A stretch of 64,000 nt of DNA from Nanobdellati archaeon. GTDB taxonomy: Archaea > EX4484-52 > GLR71. The stretch covers positions 76,026 through 140,025 of the forward strand of contig JAHYJR010000003.1 of the NCBI GenBank assembly GCA_019429005.1, given 5' to 3'. This document shows, in pieces, positions 10,658-20,331 of the stretch (positions are counted from its first letter, which is position 1; each line of letters starts with the position of its first letter). The position numbers and the translations under genes were made by a program. A model generated the notes under the pieces. The model was not told the DNA's origin. It did no database searches and saw only the letters and a list, made by a program, of their open reading frames with translations.

Positions 10658-10956
10658 ATTTTATCAACAGCAAGGAATCTTTCAACAACTTCTTTAGCAA
10701 CAATACCTTTGATTTCTTTACCCCTTGGTTCAAGTGTATCTTGTAATAATATAGCTGTATTTTCTGCAAATTTTATCCTGATTCCATTAGATCTTCTATA
10801 TTCTGCTCTTTGAGTAACTATAACAGCTTTAACAATTTCATATGCAATTTTTTGGTTTCCTTTTTTTACAGCACAGACTACAACATCACCAACACCTGCT
10901 TTAGGTTGTCTTCCACGTACACCTCTATAACCTCTAACAGATATGATTTCTAGCAT
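10648..10956 (-). pseudogene. rpl14: Fragment of ribosomal protein uL14 lacking its N-terminus
   Basis: IISVRGYRG...AGVGDVVVCAVKKG...AVIVTQRAEYRR..G.RIKF..N...P.GKEIKG.VAKEVVER, the archaeal L14 signature, outside any ribosomal protein operon. Confidence 0.85.
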
Positions 10957-11646
10957 TCCATCAGGAAATTTTGGAGATATGATGGGGACAATATTAACAA
11001 AAGAAATGGGATTACCTATTAAAAAAATCATTTGTGGCGTGAATGAGAATACAGAATTTCCACATTTCATAAACACGGAAAAATATGTTGTTTCACAGTC
11101 AAAAAATACACCTTCATCTGCAATGGATGTTTCACACCCAAGTAATTTGGCAAGATTAATTGAATTTTATGGTGGCTATATGTTTGATGAGAAAGATCCA
11201 CAAACAAATAATATTATAAAACAAGAAATAATTGATAAAATGCCAAATTTAGAAACAATGAAAAAAGATATATATTCAATTGGAATTACAAATCCTAAAC
11301 ATTATGAAACCATGAAAAAAGTATTTTATAAATACAACATAATCCTAGATTCTCATGGTGCTGTCGGATGGGACGCTCTTGAATATTACTTAGAAAATAA
11401 ACATAACCAACTTTCAATAATTTATGAGACACAAAACCCTGAAAATTTCCAAACGCTGTTAAAAAAGCAATTGGAATCACACCAGAAATCCCTAATAGGA
11501 TGAAAGAACAAACAAAATCAAATGAAATATTTAATTCAATCCATAGCAGTCCATATAAGACTGAACAGGGTTTAAAATTAAGTAATTCTCAAATAACTAA
11601 AGCTAAATCAAAGATTAAAGATTTGTTTATAACAGTAATTATTTGA
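10952..11646 (+). pseudogene. thrC: 3' half of threonine synthase, with a frameshift near 11437
   Basis: IPSGNFGD, EMGLPIKKII, SSAMDVSHPSN, DSHGAVG, YET...P(E)KFP; the C-terminus continues in another frame to TGA 11646. The N-terminal PLP-lysine region is absent. Confidence 0.8.
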
Positions 11647-11868
11647 GAAACAACTGATTTAATCTTTCCAGAATATATTAAAAGAATTCGTTAATTTTTA
11701 TCAACAATTGCAACAGTTATTGGTTTTATAGAACCCTAAGCAATTAATTGTCTCATTATTTTTTTATTTGGATAAATCATAATAATAATTAACTTCAATC
11801 ATTAAAATAGTCTAAGTTTATAACCCAATTATCAAAAAAATATATACTTTAAACGTTAATATAAAATT

Positions 11869-12318
11869 ATGAAGATTAATTTTATTTATTCACAAGTCTA
11901 TTTTAGAAGTCTCAATCAACACAAGTCTGTAAAAAGAACATGGGATGAAGTCAAAAAAATAGGTACACAATTTGAAATAAAATATAAAACTGAAATAAAT
12001 AAAATTATTGATATAATCCCAAAAGTCACAAAGAAACCTTGGAGAAAAGAAAATACAGACATATATATTATCGATTGGGTCGGTCCTAGTTTTTCTCACC
12101 CCCTCACATTAAAAGTTAGAAATGACTTACTCCTTATGCTTGTAATATTAACTCATGAACTGTTACATGACTTTTACTTAAATGAAAAAGACATAGAACA
12201 CATCGAGGAAACAATCAACAAAAATGTTGAAAATGTATTTAAAGAATTAAATATTGATGTTAAAGAACAACTACATATTCTACAAAGTTTTCACGAGAAA
12301 CGATTTGGAAAAAAATGA
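11869..12318 (+). CDS. Hypothetical protein with HExxH zincin-like motif
   Basis: LTHELLH motif in a 149-aa ORF. Confidence 0.6.
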   Translation: MKINFIYSQVYFRSLNQHKSVKRTWDEVKKIGTQFEIKYKTEINKIIDIIPKVTKKPWRKENTDIYIIDWVGPSFSHPLTLKVRNDLLLMLVILTHELLHDFYLNEKDIEHIEETINKNVENVFKELNIDVKEQLHILQSFHEKRFGKK

Positions 12319-12403
12319 AAAAAATAACTGATCTGATTCATAAACAACCAAATCAAACCAGATTCAAAATAAAAAATCTCTAACTATTCTCAGTCTTCCC
12401 AAC

Positions 12404-13837
12404 CTATTTGATTTCCTTTTCCTTACCTGAAAAAAACGTAATTGCCTCAGCAAGTTCAGGATGTTTTTTTGAATATTTAACAAGTTCAATACCCTTAAGA
12501 TACGCATCACATGCTTGAACTAACGCACGAGCTCCAGCCTTTGTACCACTCGGATGTGCATGACACCCAGCACCCATGGTAGTTATAAAATCTACACCGC
12601 CAATTGCATCAATAAATGGTTTTAATAGTACGGGATTAAGACCGCCTGATACAATAGGACAACATTTTTTCAAACCTCTCCAACTATCATCAGATAATAT
12701 AACATGGTGTGCAACATCTTCATGAACAAGTCTCAAAACATCTTCATCATTTTCAGGAACGTTTGCCCAGGACTGACTAAAGAAATGCCCTTGTGCTGAT
12801 AGATTCAATATATTATGTGCTGCAGTAATATCCTCTTTTTTATCACCCTTCATCTTTCCGATACCAGCCGTACCTGTATGAATTCCTGATGCACCAGCCA
12901 AACGCGCAAACTTAGACAAGACTAAAACTGAAAAACCGAATGGGCTTTCAGGCCGTGTAAATGCACCATGGGCAGCTCTATGGAAATGCAAAAACACACC
13001 AGGATACCGTCTCCTTAAAGTCTGCACAGCCATCCAACCTGCAGTAATACCATCAATCAAAAAAGCATAACTTCCAGATTCAAAACCAGCATTACGAATC
13101 AATTCACAACGCTCAATCATTGTATCAAAATCGGATGCAGATACATTAAAAGAATGCACTTTTTTCCGCCCAGTCTCTTTTACAGCCTTATCCATAGCTT
13201 CCTTAACATGCCGGACCATCTTATCATAAGGACAAAAATCTTGATTTGCTTGAGGTTCATCATTTTTTACAAAATCGCCACCACCAACCCAGAAATCATA
13301 GCAGACTTCTGCATATTCGGCTGATGTAAGCCCCATCTTAGGTTTTACAATAGTCCCTAATATTGGTCTATCATATACATCAAGATATTTTCGCATATCA
13401 TCAATAGTATAACTAGGACCATCATATTGTTCAAGCATAGCTGGAGGGAACCAAAGGTCAAGTAACTTAAGAGCATCAACCTGTTTCATTCCAAGAACAT
13501 TACCAACAACATATGTCAATATGTTCTGAATATTACCCATACGATCAAAAAGTCTCCATGGATATGCAATCCACACAAGATTTTGTTTCAAGTCAACCTT
13601 ATAGACAAGTGCATTCATCTCCCTTGAAAAAGGAGTTTCAGTAGTAACTTTAAAATTGGTTCCAGTTGATGACTCTGCCGCGATTTCAGCAGCAGCTTGA
13701 AGCGTATTTAAACCATCACCAGGAATAAAATGAAAAACACATAAAAGATATTCTCCATTACGTGGATTAGATAAATCCAGATTAACATAAGCCGCTTGTT
13801 TTGAGTTCAATGATTTCAAATATTTCTTCAATGTCAT
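12404..13837 (-). CDS. rbcL: RuBisCO form II/III (Methanococcoides-type) with assembly-domain insert
   Basis: AAESSTGT, GTIVKPK, GGDFVKNDE, HFHRAAHG, HTGTAGIGKMKG, PIVSGG, TTMGAG; ~27-aa insert NVPENDEDVLRLVHEDVAHHVILSDD. Likely start ATG 13837 after a GGTG RBS. Confidence 0.95.
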   Translation of the reverse strand: MTLKKYLKSLNSKQAAYVNLDLSNPRNGEYLLCVFHFIPGDGLNTLQAAAEIAAESSTGTNFKVTTETPFSREMNALVYKVDLKQNLVWIAYPWRLFDRMGNIQNILTYVVGNVLGMKQVDALKLLDLWFPPAMLEQYDGPSYTIDDMRKYLDVYDRPILGTIVKPKMGLTSAEYAEVCYDFWVGGGDFVKNDEPQANQDFCPYDKMVRHVKEAMDKAVKETGRKKVHSFNVSASDFDTMIERCELIRNAGFESGSYAFLIDGITAGWMAVQTLRRRYPGVFLHFHRAAHGAFTRPESPFGFSVLVLSKFARLAGASGIHTGTAGIGKMKGDKKEDITAAHNILNLSAQGHFFSQSWANVPENDEDVLRLVHEDVAHHVILSDDSWRGLKKCCPIVSGGLNPVLLKPFIDAIGGVDFITTMGAGCHAHPSGTKAGARALVQACDAYLKGIELVKYSKKHPELAEAITFFSGKEKEIK

Positions 13838-13865
13838 TTTAAAGCACCATTTCAAGTTTTAAAAA

Positions 13866-13884
13866 TATCATAATAATATTATGA
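13866..13884. promoter_or_regulatory. Inverted repeat ATCATAAT-AAT-ATTATGAT upstream of rbcL
   Basis: 8-bp perfect arms about 30-50 bp upstream of the start; AT-rich, so it may be chance. Confidence 0.3.
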
Positions 13885-14453
13885 TTTATACAAATAAATG
13901 TTATTAACAATAACACAAATTAAACATAATACATAATATTCAATTAATTTAGACAGATATAAATATATTCATACTAGCTTATCAAAAAGATATACAAACA
14001 TAAATTGCTTTTAAAAAACACAATAAAATGTAAAAATTAAATTAAAATTTAAATAGATTTTAAACTAAATAATTACTCTAAATATATTTAAAACTAAGAT
14101 TATATATATGAAAACTAAATTAACTCAATTAATAACGATTTTAATAATAACACTTTTTGCCTACATTTAGATAAAAAATCAGAACCTAACGATTCTAGAT
14201 TATAATCAACCCGACCATCCATCATATGTCATTCTTCTAAAAACTTTTCATCTTCCATTTCTTCTAAAATACGTTTAAATTTTTTCCAAAGAAACGTCAT
14301 CATCTTAGGCATAATCTTTAAGTTTATTTACAGTTAAAAAATTCCTAATCGATAAAAAGGTATGTCCTATATGAACACCAGAATAAGTCTTTTGTGTCAA
14401 TAAATATAAAATTCCACATTTAATACAAAGTTTATCCATAATATTATACTAAA

Positions 14454-14570
14454 TATTCCTTTTTATTAAACTATTTATAACAAAATAAACAGTATTCCTT
14501 TTTATTAAACTATTTATAACAAAATAAACAGTATTCCTTTTTATTAAACTATTTATAACAAAATAAACAG
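14454..14570 (+). repeat. Perfect 39-bp tandem repeat x3
   Basis: TATTCCTTTTTATTAAACTATTTATAACAAAATAAACAG at 14454, 14493 and 14532. Confidence 0.95.
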
Positions 14571-14650
14571 AATTTATAAAAAATAATTAATTCTAACAAC
14601 CCATCTAAAAAGAAAAATTTATAAATATCAAAATATCAATACATATTGAT

Positions 14651-14908
14651 ATGAATAAAGACTTAGCCTTAAAAATATTCAAAACGTTGGGCGAAAAAAC
14701 ACGATTTAAAATAATTGAAACCTTACTAGATAAAGAACTTTGCGCTTGCGAAATCCCAAAAATTATAAACAGAACACAAAGCAATACATCTATGCACCTT
14801 ACAAAACTGCAAGATCTAGATATGATTAAATCAAGACGTGATGGCAAAAAAAGATTATATTCAATAAAAAATGAAAATATCAAAAAAATTATGAAGATGA
14901 TTAAATGA
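14651..14908 (+). CDS. arsR: ArsR/SmtB family transcriptional regulator
   Basis: FKTLGEKTRFKII...ELCACEI...SQSNTSMHLTKL, RRDGK wing. Confidence 0.9.
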   Translation: MNKDLALKIFKTLGEKTRFKIIETLLDKELCACEIPKIINRTQSNTSMHLTKLQDLDMIKSRRDGKKRLYSIKNENIKKIMKMIK

Positions 14909-15138
14909 AAATTGAAATACTTGGAACCGGTTGTAATAATTGCTTAAAACTTGAAGAAAACGCAAAAAAAGCATTAAAAGACATAAATAAAAAAGATGTA
15001 GAACTCATAAAAATTACAGATATAACAGAAATACTAAGGTACGGTATAATGTCAACCCCTGCAATAATTATTGATGGCGAAATCAAAGCATATGGCAGAA
15101 TCCCTGATATTGACGAGATTAAAACATGGGTAAAATAA
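14905..15138 (+). CDS. Small thioredoxin-like redox protein (MTH895 family)
   Basis: MKIEILGTGCNNC, YGIMSTPAIIIDG; ATGA overlap with arsR. Confidence 0.92.
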   Translation: MKIEILGTGCNNCLKLEENAKKALKDINKKDVELIKITDITEILRYGIMSTPAIIIDGEIKAYGRIPDIDEIKTWVK

Positions 15139-15139
15139 A

Positions 15140-16093
15140 ATGATTGATTTATTCTATCCATTTCAATGGGTTGCAAACAATATTACAAATAGACTTAATC
15201 TTGAAGGACACATCGCAGATAGTGTAAACTTCATAATCTATGACGTAATAAAAATATTTTTTTTACTTATTGTGATGATATTCGCAATTTCATACATTAG
15301 AAGCTATATCACACCTGAAAAAACAAGAACAGTTATAGGCAATAAAAAAGGTCTTCGCTATCATTTTCTAGCATCAATAACAGGTGTCTTCACACCATTT
15401 TGTTCATGTTCATCAGTACCATTATTTATTGGTTTTATTGAAGCTGGCGTTCCTTTAGGCGTAACATTCTCATTTTTAATAACAAGCCCGCTTGTTAATG
15501 AAGCCGCAATTGCGATTCTTTGGGCAACATTCGGACTTAAATTAACAATAATATATGTGATATCTGGAATATTAATCGGTGTTATCTCGGGTTACATAAT
15601 TGGACTTTTAAAAATGGAAAAATATGTTGCAAGTTTTGTCTATGACATTAAAATGATGAAAATTAAAGAAGAAAAAAAGACACAAAAAGATAGAATCAAA
15701 TATGCTAAAAAAGAAGTCAGAAATATTGTATCAAAAGTATGGCTATACATCATAATAGGTGTCACATTAGGTGGCTTATTCCACAGTTTTGCTCCAGAAG
15801 GTATACTTGAAAAATATGCAGGAAACAGTATCATTGGAGTACCCATCGCAACATTAATAGGTATACCATTATATTCAAATGCAATCGCAATGATACCAAT
15901 CATTGAGAGCCTTGTTGGGAAAGGATTACCACTTGGAACTGCCTTAGCATTCCTTATGGCTGTAACCGCATTATCATTACCAGAAATAATTATATTAAAA
16001 AAAGTCCTTAAAAAAGAATTAATTGCTGTTTTTGTAGGAATAACAGGATTTGCGATAATGATTACGGGGTACTTGTTTAATTTTATCGTTTGA
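15140..16093 (+). CDS. Permease, ArsP/DUF318 family
   Basis: TPFCSCSSVP, FLITSPLVNE, GIPLYSN, ALSLPE motifs. Confidence 0.9.
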   Translation: MIDLFYPFQWVANNITNRLNLEGHIADSVNFIIYDVIKIFFLLIVMIFAISYIRSYITPEKTRTVIGNKKGLRYHFLASITGVFTPFCSCSSVPLFIGFIEAGVPLGVTFSFLITSPLVNEAAIAILWATFGLKLTIIYVISGILIGVISGYIIGLLKMEKYVASFVYDIKMMKIKEEKKTQKDRIKYAKKEVRNIVSKVWLYIIIGVTLGGLFHSFAPEGILEKYAGNSIIGVPIATLIGIPLYSNAIAMIPIIESLVGKGLPLGTALAFLMAVTALSLPEIIILKKVLKKELIAVFVGITGFAIMITGYLFNFIV

Positions 16094-16183
16094 TAAAATA
16101 ATTATAAAAATTATATCAAATTTTACAGAAACTGTTATAAAGTTATCTTTACTAAGTAATAACATATAAACTAGGTGTTAATT

Positions 16184-17659
16184 ATGATTAAAGAAATCAA
16201 AATAAATAATAATAATAAATCGTTAATGGGTACCCCCAAAGAAATGAGACTCATTCTTCAAAAAATTGGATATGATAATGTTATTGTTTATGGATACGCT
16301 GGTACGCTTATTGCAGATAGTATCGATGACGAAACTAATGAAAAAATGAAAGATTTTAACAGAAAAAAATTACTATCTAACGTAACATACCATGAAACAC
16401 CGATAGGTACAATATATAACACAGAGGGTAGTCTAAATAAACATGCAATTGCAGATGACCTTAAAATAGCAGTACTTGATAAAGAAATAGAATCTCAAGA
16501 ACTTGTTGCCACAATAAAAACAGTTGCAGATCAAGTTTCAAAATATATTGGTGATGAATTATTAACAGGAACTGGTACTTTATCAGCAATAAGTGCCTAT
16601 TTTAGCAGCACCCTTACAGACGAAGATATTAATAAATATCCAGAATATTTTAATGAAAAAAATGGACAGATAACACTTTCTGAAGAAGGAAACAACATGC
16701 TAAATATACTTAAAGACAGTTGGGATTATCTTCCACGAAATCTACGTTCTGCATGTAAAATGAATATAAAACCATATCTTTTAGAAGTATTTAAAGATGT
16801 ATCTGAAAATATACCCGTACAACTGGATAAATTCCAAGATTATATTCAAAAAGAATTAACATCAGAAACAATCAAGAAAAAAATCGACCAAGATTCTAAA
16901 TTATTACGAAAATTAATTGATGATGGATATTATTGTGATTATTTTATTAATACAGATTATGATGAATTAATAAAAATCATAGAAATGGATCAAAATAATT
17001 TAATCAACAATGAGACTTTTAAGAAAATAAAAAAATCAATACCTGTAAGACATCTAGACTCACAAAAATACCAACGACATCAAAAGGATAAAAAATATTA
17101 TGAACTAGAACAAGAACATAAATTATATAACGAATGGGGAAAAAAAATAAAAGATACAATAATGTCAATTGAAACAAACCAAAAAATAATCGAAGGACAT
17201 GGTATAGACCCATTAAAACAACTAAAAATGCTTGAAGATACAGGATATATTTTTTTAAGAGAAGATGATAAAAAAATAAATATATACAAAGGACAAAACT
17301 TTAATCTGCTTAATGAGGATAACACATCTTTCTGTCCAATAGGTCTTTCAGATAAATGGGATTCATGGAAAATTGAAAGACAGGGAAATATAACAATTTT
17401 AACAAAATATTTTAAAAATGTAAATGATAAATTAATAAGAATCTCAGTTAATTCATTAGGAAAATATAGCGTTGAAGGTAATGATCTAACTGTTTTTGAT
17501 GAAAATGTTAAAAAGGAATTAAATCTTGTTGAAGAAGTTATAAATTATAATCTTCCTAAAAACAAACGCAAAACTTTAGATTGGACAGAATATAATGAAT
17601 CACAACCAAAAACAAATACAATAAAACCTGTTAAACAAATCAAAAAACAATTATTTTAA
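16184..17659 (+). CDS. Large hypothetical protein (likely start ATG 16184)
   Basis: Open 490-aa frame with AGGTG RBS 6 nt upstream; no motif recognised. Confidence 0.75.
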   Translation: MIKEIKINNNNKSLMGTPKEMRLILQKIGYDNVIVYGYAGTLIADSIDDETNEKMKDFNRKKLLSNVTYHETPIGTIYNTEGSLNKHAIADDLKIAVLDKEIESQELVATIKTVADQVSKYIGDELLTGTGTLSAISAYFSSTLTDEDINKYPEYFNEKNGQITLSEEGNNMLNILKDSWDYLPRNLRSACKMNIKPYLLEVFKDVSENIPVQLDKFQDYIQKELTSETIKKKIDQDSKLLRKLIDDGYYCDYFINTDYDELIKIIEMDQNNLINNETFKKIKKSIPVRHLDSQKYQRHQKDKKYYELEQEHKLYNEWGKKIKDTIMSIETNQKIIEGHGIDPLKQLKMLEDTGYIFLREDDKKINIYKGQNFNLLNEDNTSFCPIGLSDKWDSWKIERQGNITILTKYFKNVNDKLIRISVNSLGKYSVEGNDLTVFDENVKKELNLVEEVINYNLPKNKRKTLDWTEYNESQPKTNTIKPVKQIKKQLF

Positions 17660-17696
17660 TAATAAACGACCAATACAAATATTATAAGGTAAGATT

Positions 17697-17996
17697 ATAG
17701 ATATTAAAGAAGCTCAAGACACAGTTTATGAACACTTAGTAAAGATATGTTATACAAAAAGCGAGACAACACCAACACATTCATTTTTGCATCTTGTTGA
17801 AGAAGTGGGTGAAGTCTCAAGAACATTGTTATACAAAGAAACAGAACGTGTTAACTTCAAAAATAACACAGATCCAGGTAAACTTGAAGATGAGATTGCT
17901 GACATATTCTGGCAGACACTCAAACTAGCGTAATATCTAAAAATAGATCTTGACCAAGCATTCATCAATAAGCTAGAAAAAAATAGGAATAAATAA
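17697..17996 (+). pseudogene. MazG-like nucleotide pyrophosphohydrolase, ATA at the start position and an in-frame TAA at 17931
   Basis: HLVEEVGEVSR...LEDEIADIFWQTLKLA*YLKIDLDQAFINKLEKN: the EExxE/ExxD MazG motifs. Confidence 0.85.
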
Positions 17997-18080
17997 AACT
18001 CAAAAACAGATAAACAAATATCTAATAATTTATCAAAAAAATAAACCCAATATTAAATATATAACATAACAAATATTATC

Positions 18081-18731
18081 ATGGAACAACAAAAAATTAT
18101 CAATAAAACTATTGATTTTGTAAAAGAAACATTACAAGATACAGAAAGTGGCCACGACTGGTGGCATACATATCGTGTCTGGAAACTATCTAAACACATT
18201 GCAAAAACAGAAAATGCAGATAATTTTATTGTTGAATTAGGCGCACTATTACATGATATAGCAGATTCAAAATTTCATGATAAAAACGAAAATATTGGAC
18301 CCAAAAAAGCAGAAGAATTTCTAAAAACCTTAAACTTAGACAGTAATATTATAGAACAGATCAAGAATATTATAAGTAACATATCTTTCAGAACACGGAA
18401 TGAGACAACATTCAAATCAGTAGAACTTGACATTATACAAGATGCAGACCGCTTAGATGCACTTGGAGCTATCGGTATTGCAAGAGCCTTCAATTTCGGT
18501 GGCCATAAAAACAACACAATATATAATCCCTATATAAAACCAAATACTAACATGACAAAAGAAGAATACAAAATGCGAGATAAACCGACAATAAATCATT
18601 TCTATGAGAAACTCTTATTATTAAAAGATCTTATGAACACAAAAGGCGGACAAAAAATTGCAGAACAAAGACACGCATTTATGGAACAATACCTTACCGA
18701 ATTCTATAATGAATGGGAAGGTAAATCATAA
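18081..18731 (+). CDS. HD-domain phosphohydrolase (YedJ-like)
   Basis: GHDWWHTYRV, LLHDIAD, QDADRLDALGAIG. Confidence 0.92.
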   Translation: MEQQKIINKTIDFVKETLQDTESGHDWWHTYRVWKLSKHIAKTENADNFIVELGALLHDIADSKFHDKNENIGPKKAEEFLKTLNLDSNIIEQIKNIISNISFRTRNETTFKSVELDIIQDADRLDALGAIGIARAFNFGGHKNNTIYNPYIKPNTNMTKEEYKMRDKPTINHFYEKLLLLKDLMNTKGGQKIAEQRHAFMEQYLTEFYNEWEGKS

Positions 18732-18782
18732 AGATATTAAAAAAACATAAAGCTTTTAAAGAGAATCCTATTAAATAAAATC

Positions 18783-19322
18783 ATGAAAATCTTAGTTGAC
18801 ATGGATGGAGTTATTGCAGATTTCGAAAAAGGATTCCTGACCAATTTCACAGAAAAATACCCTGAAGAACAATTCATACCACTTAATAAAAGAACAGAGT
18901 TCAAACCACGAGATCAATACACAATAAAACAAAAACCTCTTGTTGAAAGCATATACAACGCACCTGGTTTTTATACGTCCTTACCGCCTATTGATGGTGG
19001 ACTTGACGCATTAAAAGAAATTTCAGATAAAGGCCATAATGTATTTATTTGTACATCGCCACTTTCAAACTATCAAAATTGTGTTTCTGAAAAATATCAA
19101 TGGGTAGATAATAACCTTGGTATAGATTGGACTAAAAAAATTATTATTATAAAAGATAAGACATTAATTTCAGCAGACCTACTTATCGACGATAAACCCG
19201 AAATAACAGGTTTAGAAACGCCATCATGGGAACATATAATATATGACCAACCATATAATCAAAATGTTAATTATAAAAGACGGATTAATTGGGCGAATTA
19301 TAAAACTATTTTAGACCTTTAA
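18783..19322 (+). CDS. 5'(3')-deoxyribonucleotidase (NT5C-type HAD)
   Basis: DMDGVIAD, ICTSP, EKYQWV, KDKT, LLIDDKP. Confidence 0.92.
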   Translation: MKILVDMDGVIADFEKGFLTNFTEKYPEEQFIPLNKRTEFKPRDQYTIKQKPLVESIYNAPGFYTSLPPIDGGLDALKEISDKGHNVFICTSPLSNYQNCVSEKYQWVDNNLGIDWTKKIIIIKDKTLISADLLIDDKPEITGLETPSWEHIIYDQPYNQNVNYKRRINWANYKTILDL

Positions 19323-19456
19323 AAACGTACTCTTGTAACACACTAACCTATAAACCAAAATTACTTTTTTCTTAAAAACACAACTAAATCAACATAAAAT
19401 CACTAATTTTATTATAATATATAATATATTTAAAATTTACTCGACATCATAACATT

Positions 19457-20322
19457 ATGAATCCAGATATAATCATATCTAATCCAAAAAAACTTGAAAT
19501 TCTTAAAAATAAAATAGCTTTAGATGGAATAAAAAACATACATATTATCTCTGATTTTGACAGAACCTTTACAAAAGCATTTGTTAATAGACAAAAAGTA
19601 CCGTCTATGATTTCAGAATTACCTAATGGAAATTACTTAACAGACGATTATGCAAAAAAAGCTCATGCACTTTTCAATAAATACCATCCTATTGAAATAG
19701 ATATAAACATAACCGAAGAAAACAAAAAAAAGCTATGCATACTTGGTGGACTGAACATTTCAACCTTCTTATTGAATCTAAACTAAACAAAAAAGATCTT
19801 GATAAAGTAATAACCTCCGAAAATATCTGTCTTAGAGATGGCTCATATGAATTCATAAAAACCTTACATACAAATAATATACCGCTTATCATCATGTCTT
19901 CAAACGGTCTTGGTGGCGATACAATTTCAATGTTTCTTGAAAAAGAAAAAAGATTATATAATAATATTCACATAATATCAAACACATACATATGGGATAA
20001 AGATGGATTTGCTATTGATATAAAAAAAACAATAATACATGTTGCAAACAAAGATGAAACCTCAATAAAAGATTATCCTGTTTTTAATAAAATAAAAGCA
20101 AGAAAAAATGTTATCCTTATTGAAGATTCCCTAACAGATGTTGATATGGTTAAAGGCTTTGATTATGACAATATTATAAAAATAGGATTTATAAATGACA
20201 ATATAGAAAAACATCTTGATTCGTACAAAAAAACTTTTGATGTTGTAATACTAAATGATTCAGATATGAGTTATATAAATCAATTATTAGATTATATAAT
20301 AAACAACAAAAAAGTCAAATAA
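19457..20322 (+). pseudogene. Pyrimidine 5'-nucleotidase (cN-III/UMPH-1-like HAD), split by a -1 frameshift at A8 (19724-19731)
   Basis: SDFDRTFT motif I in the first ORF; SSNGLG, NVILIEDSLTDVDM and KIGFIND in the second; one extra A gives ...NKKKAMHTWW. Confidence 0.85.
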
Positions 20323-20331
20323 AAAACAATT

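Noticed and set aside
11660-11782. Possible NUDIX-like remnant on minus (VAIVDKN*RILLI)
   Set aside because: Too short, two stops, and no Nudix box visible.
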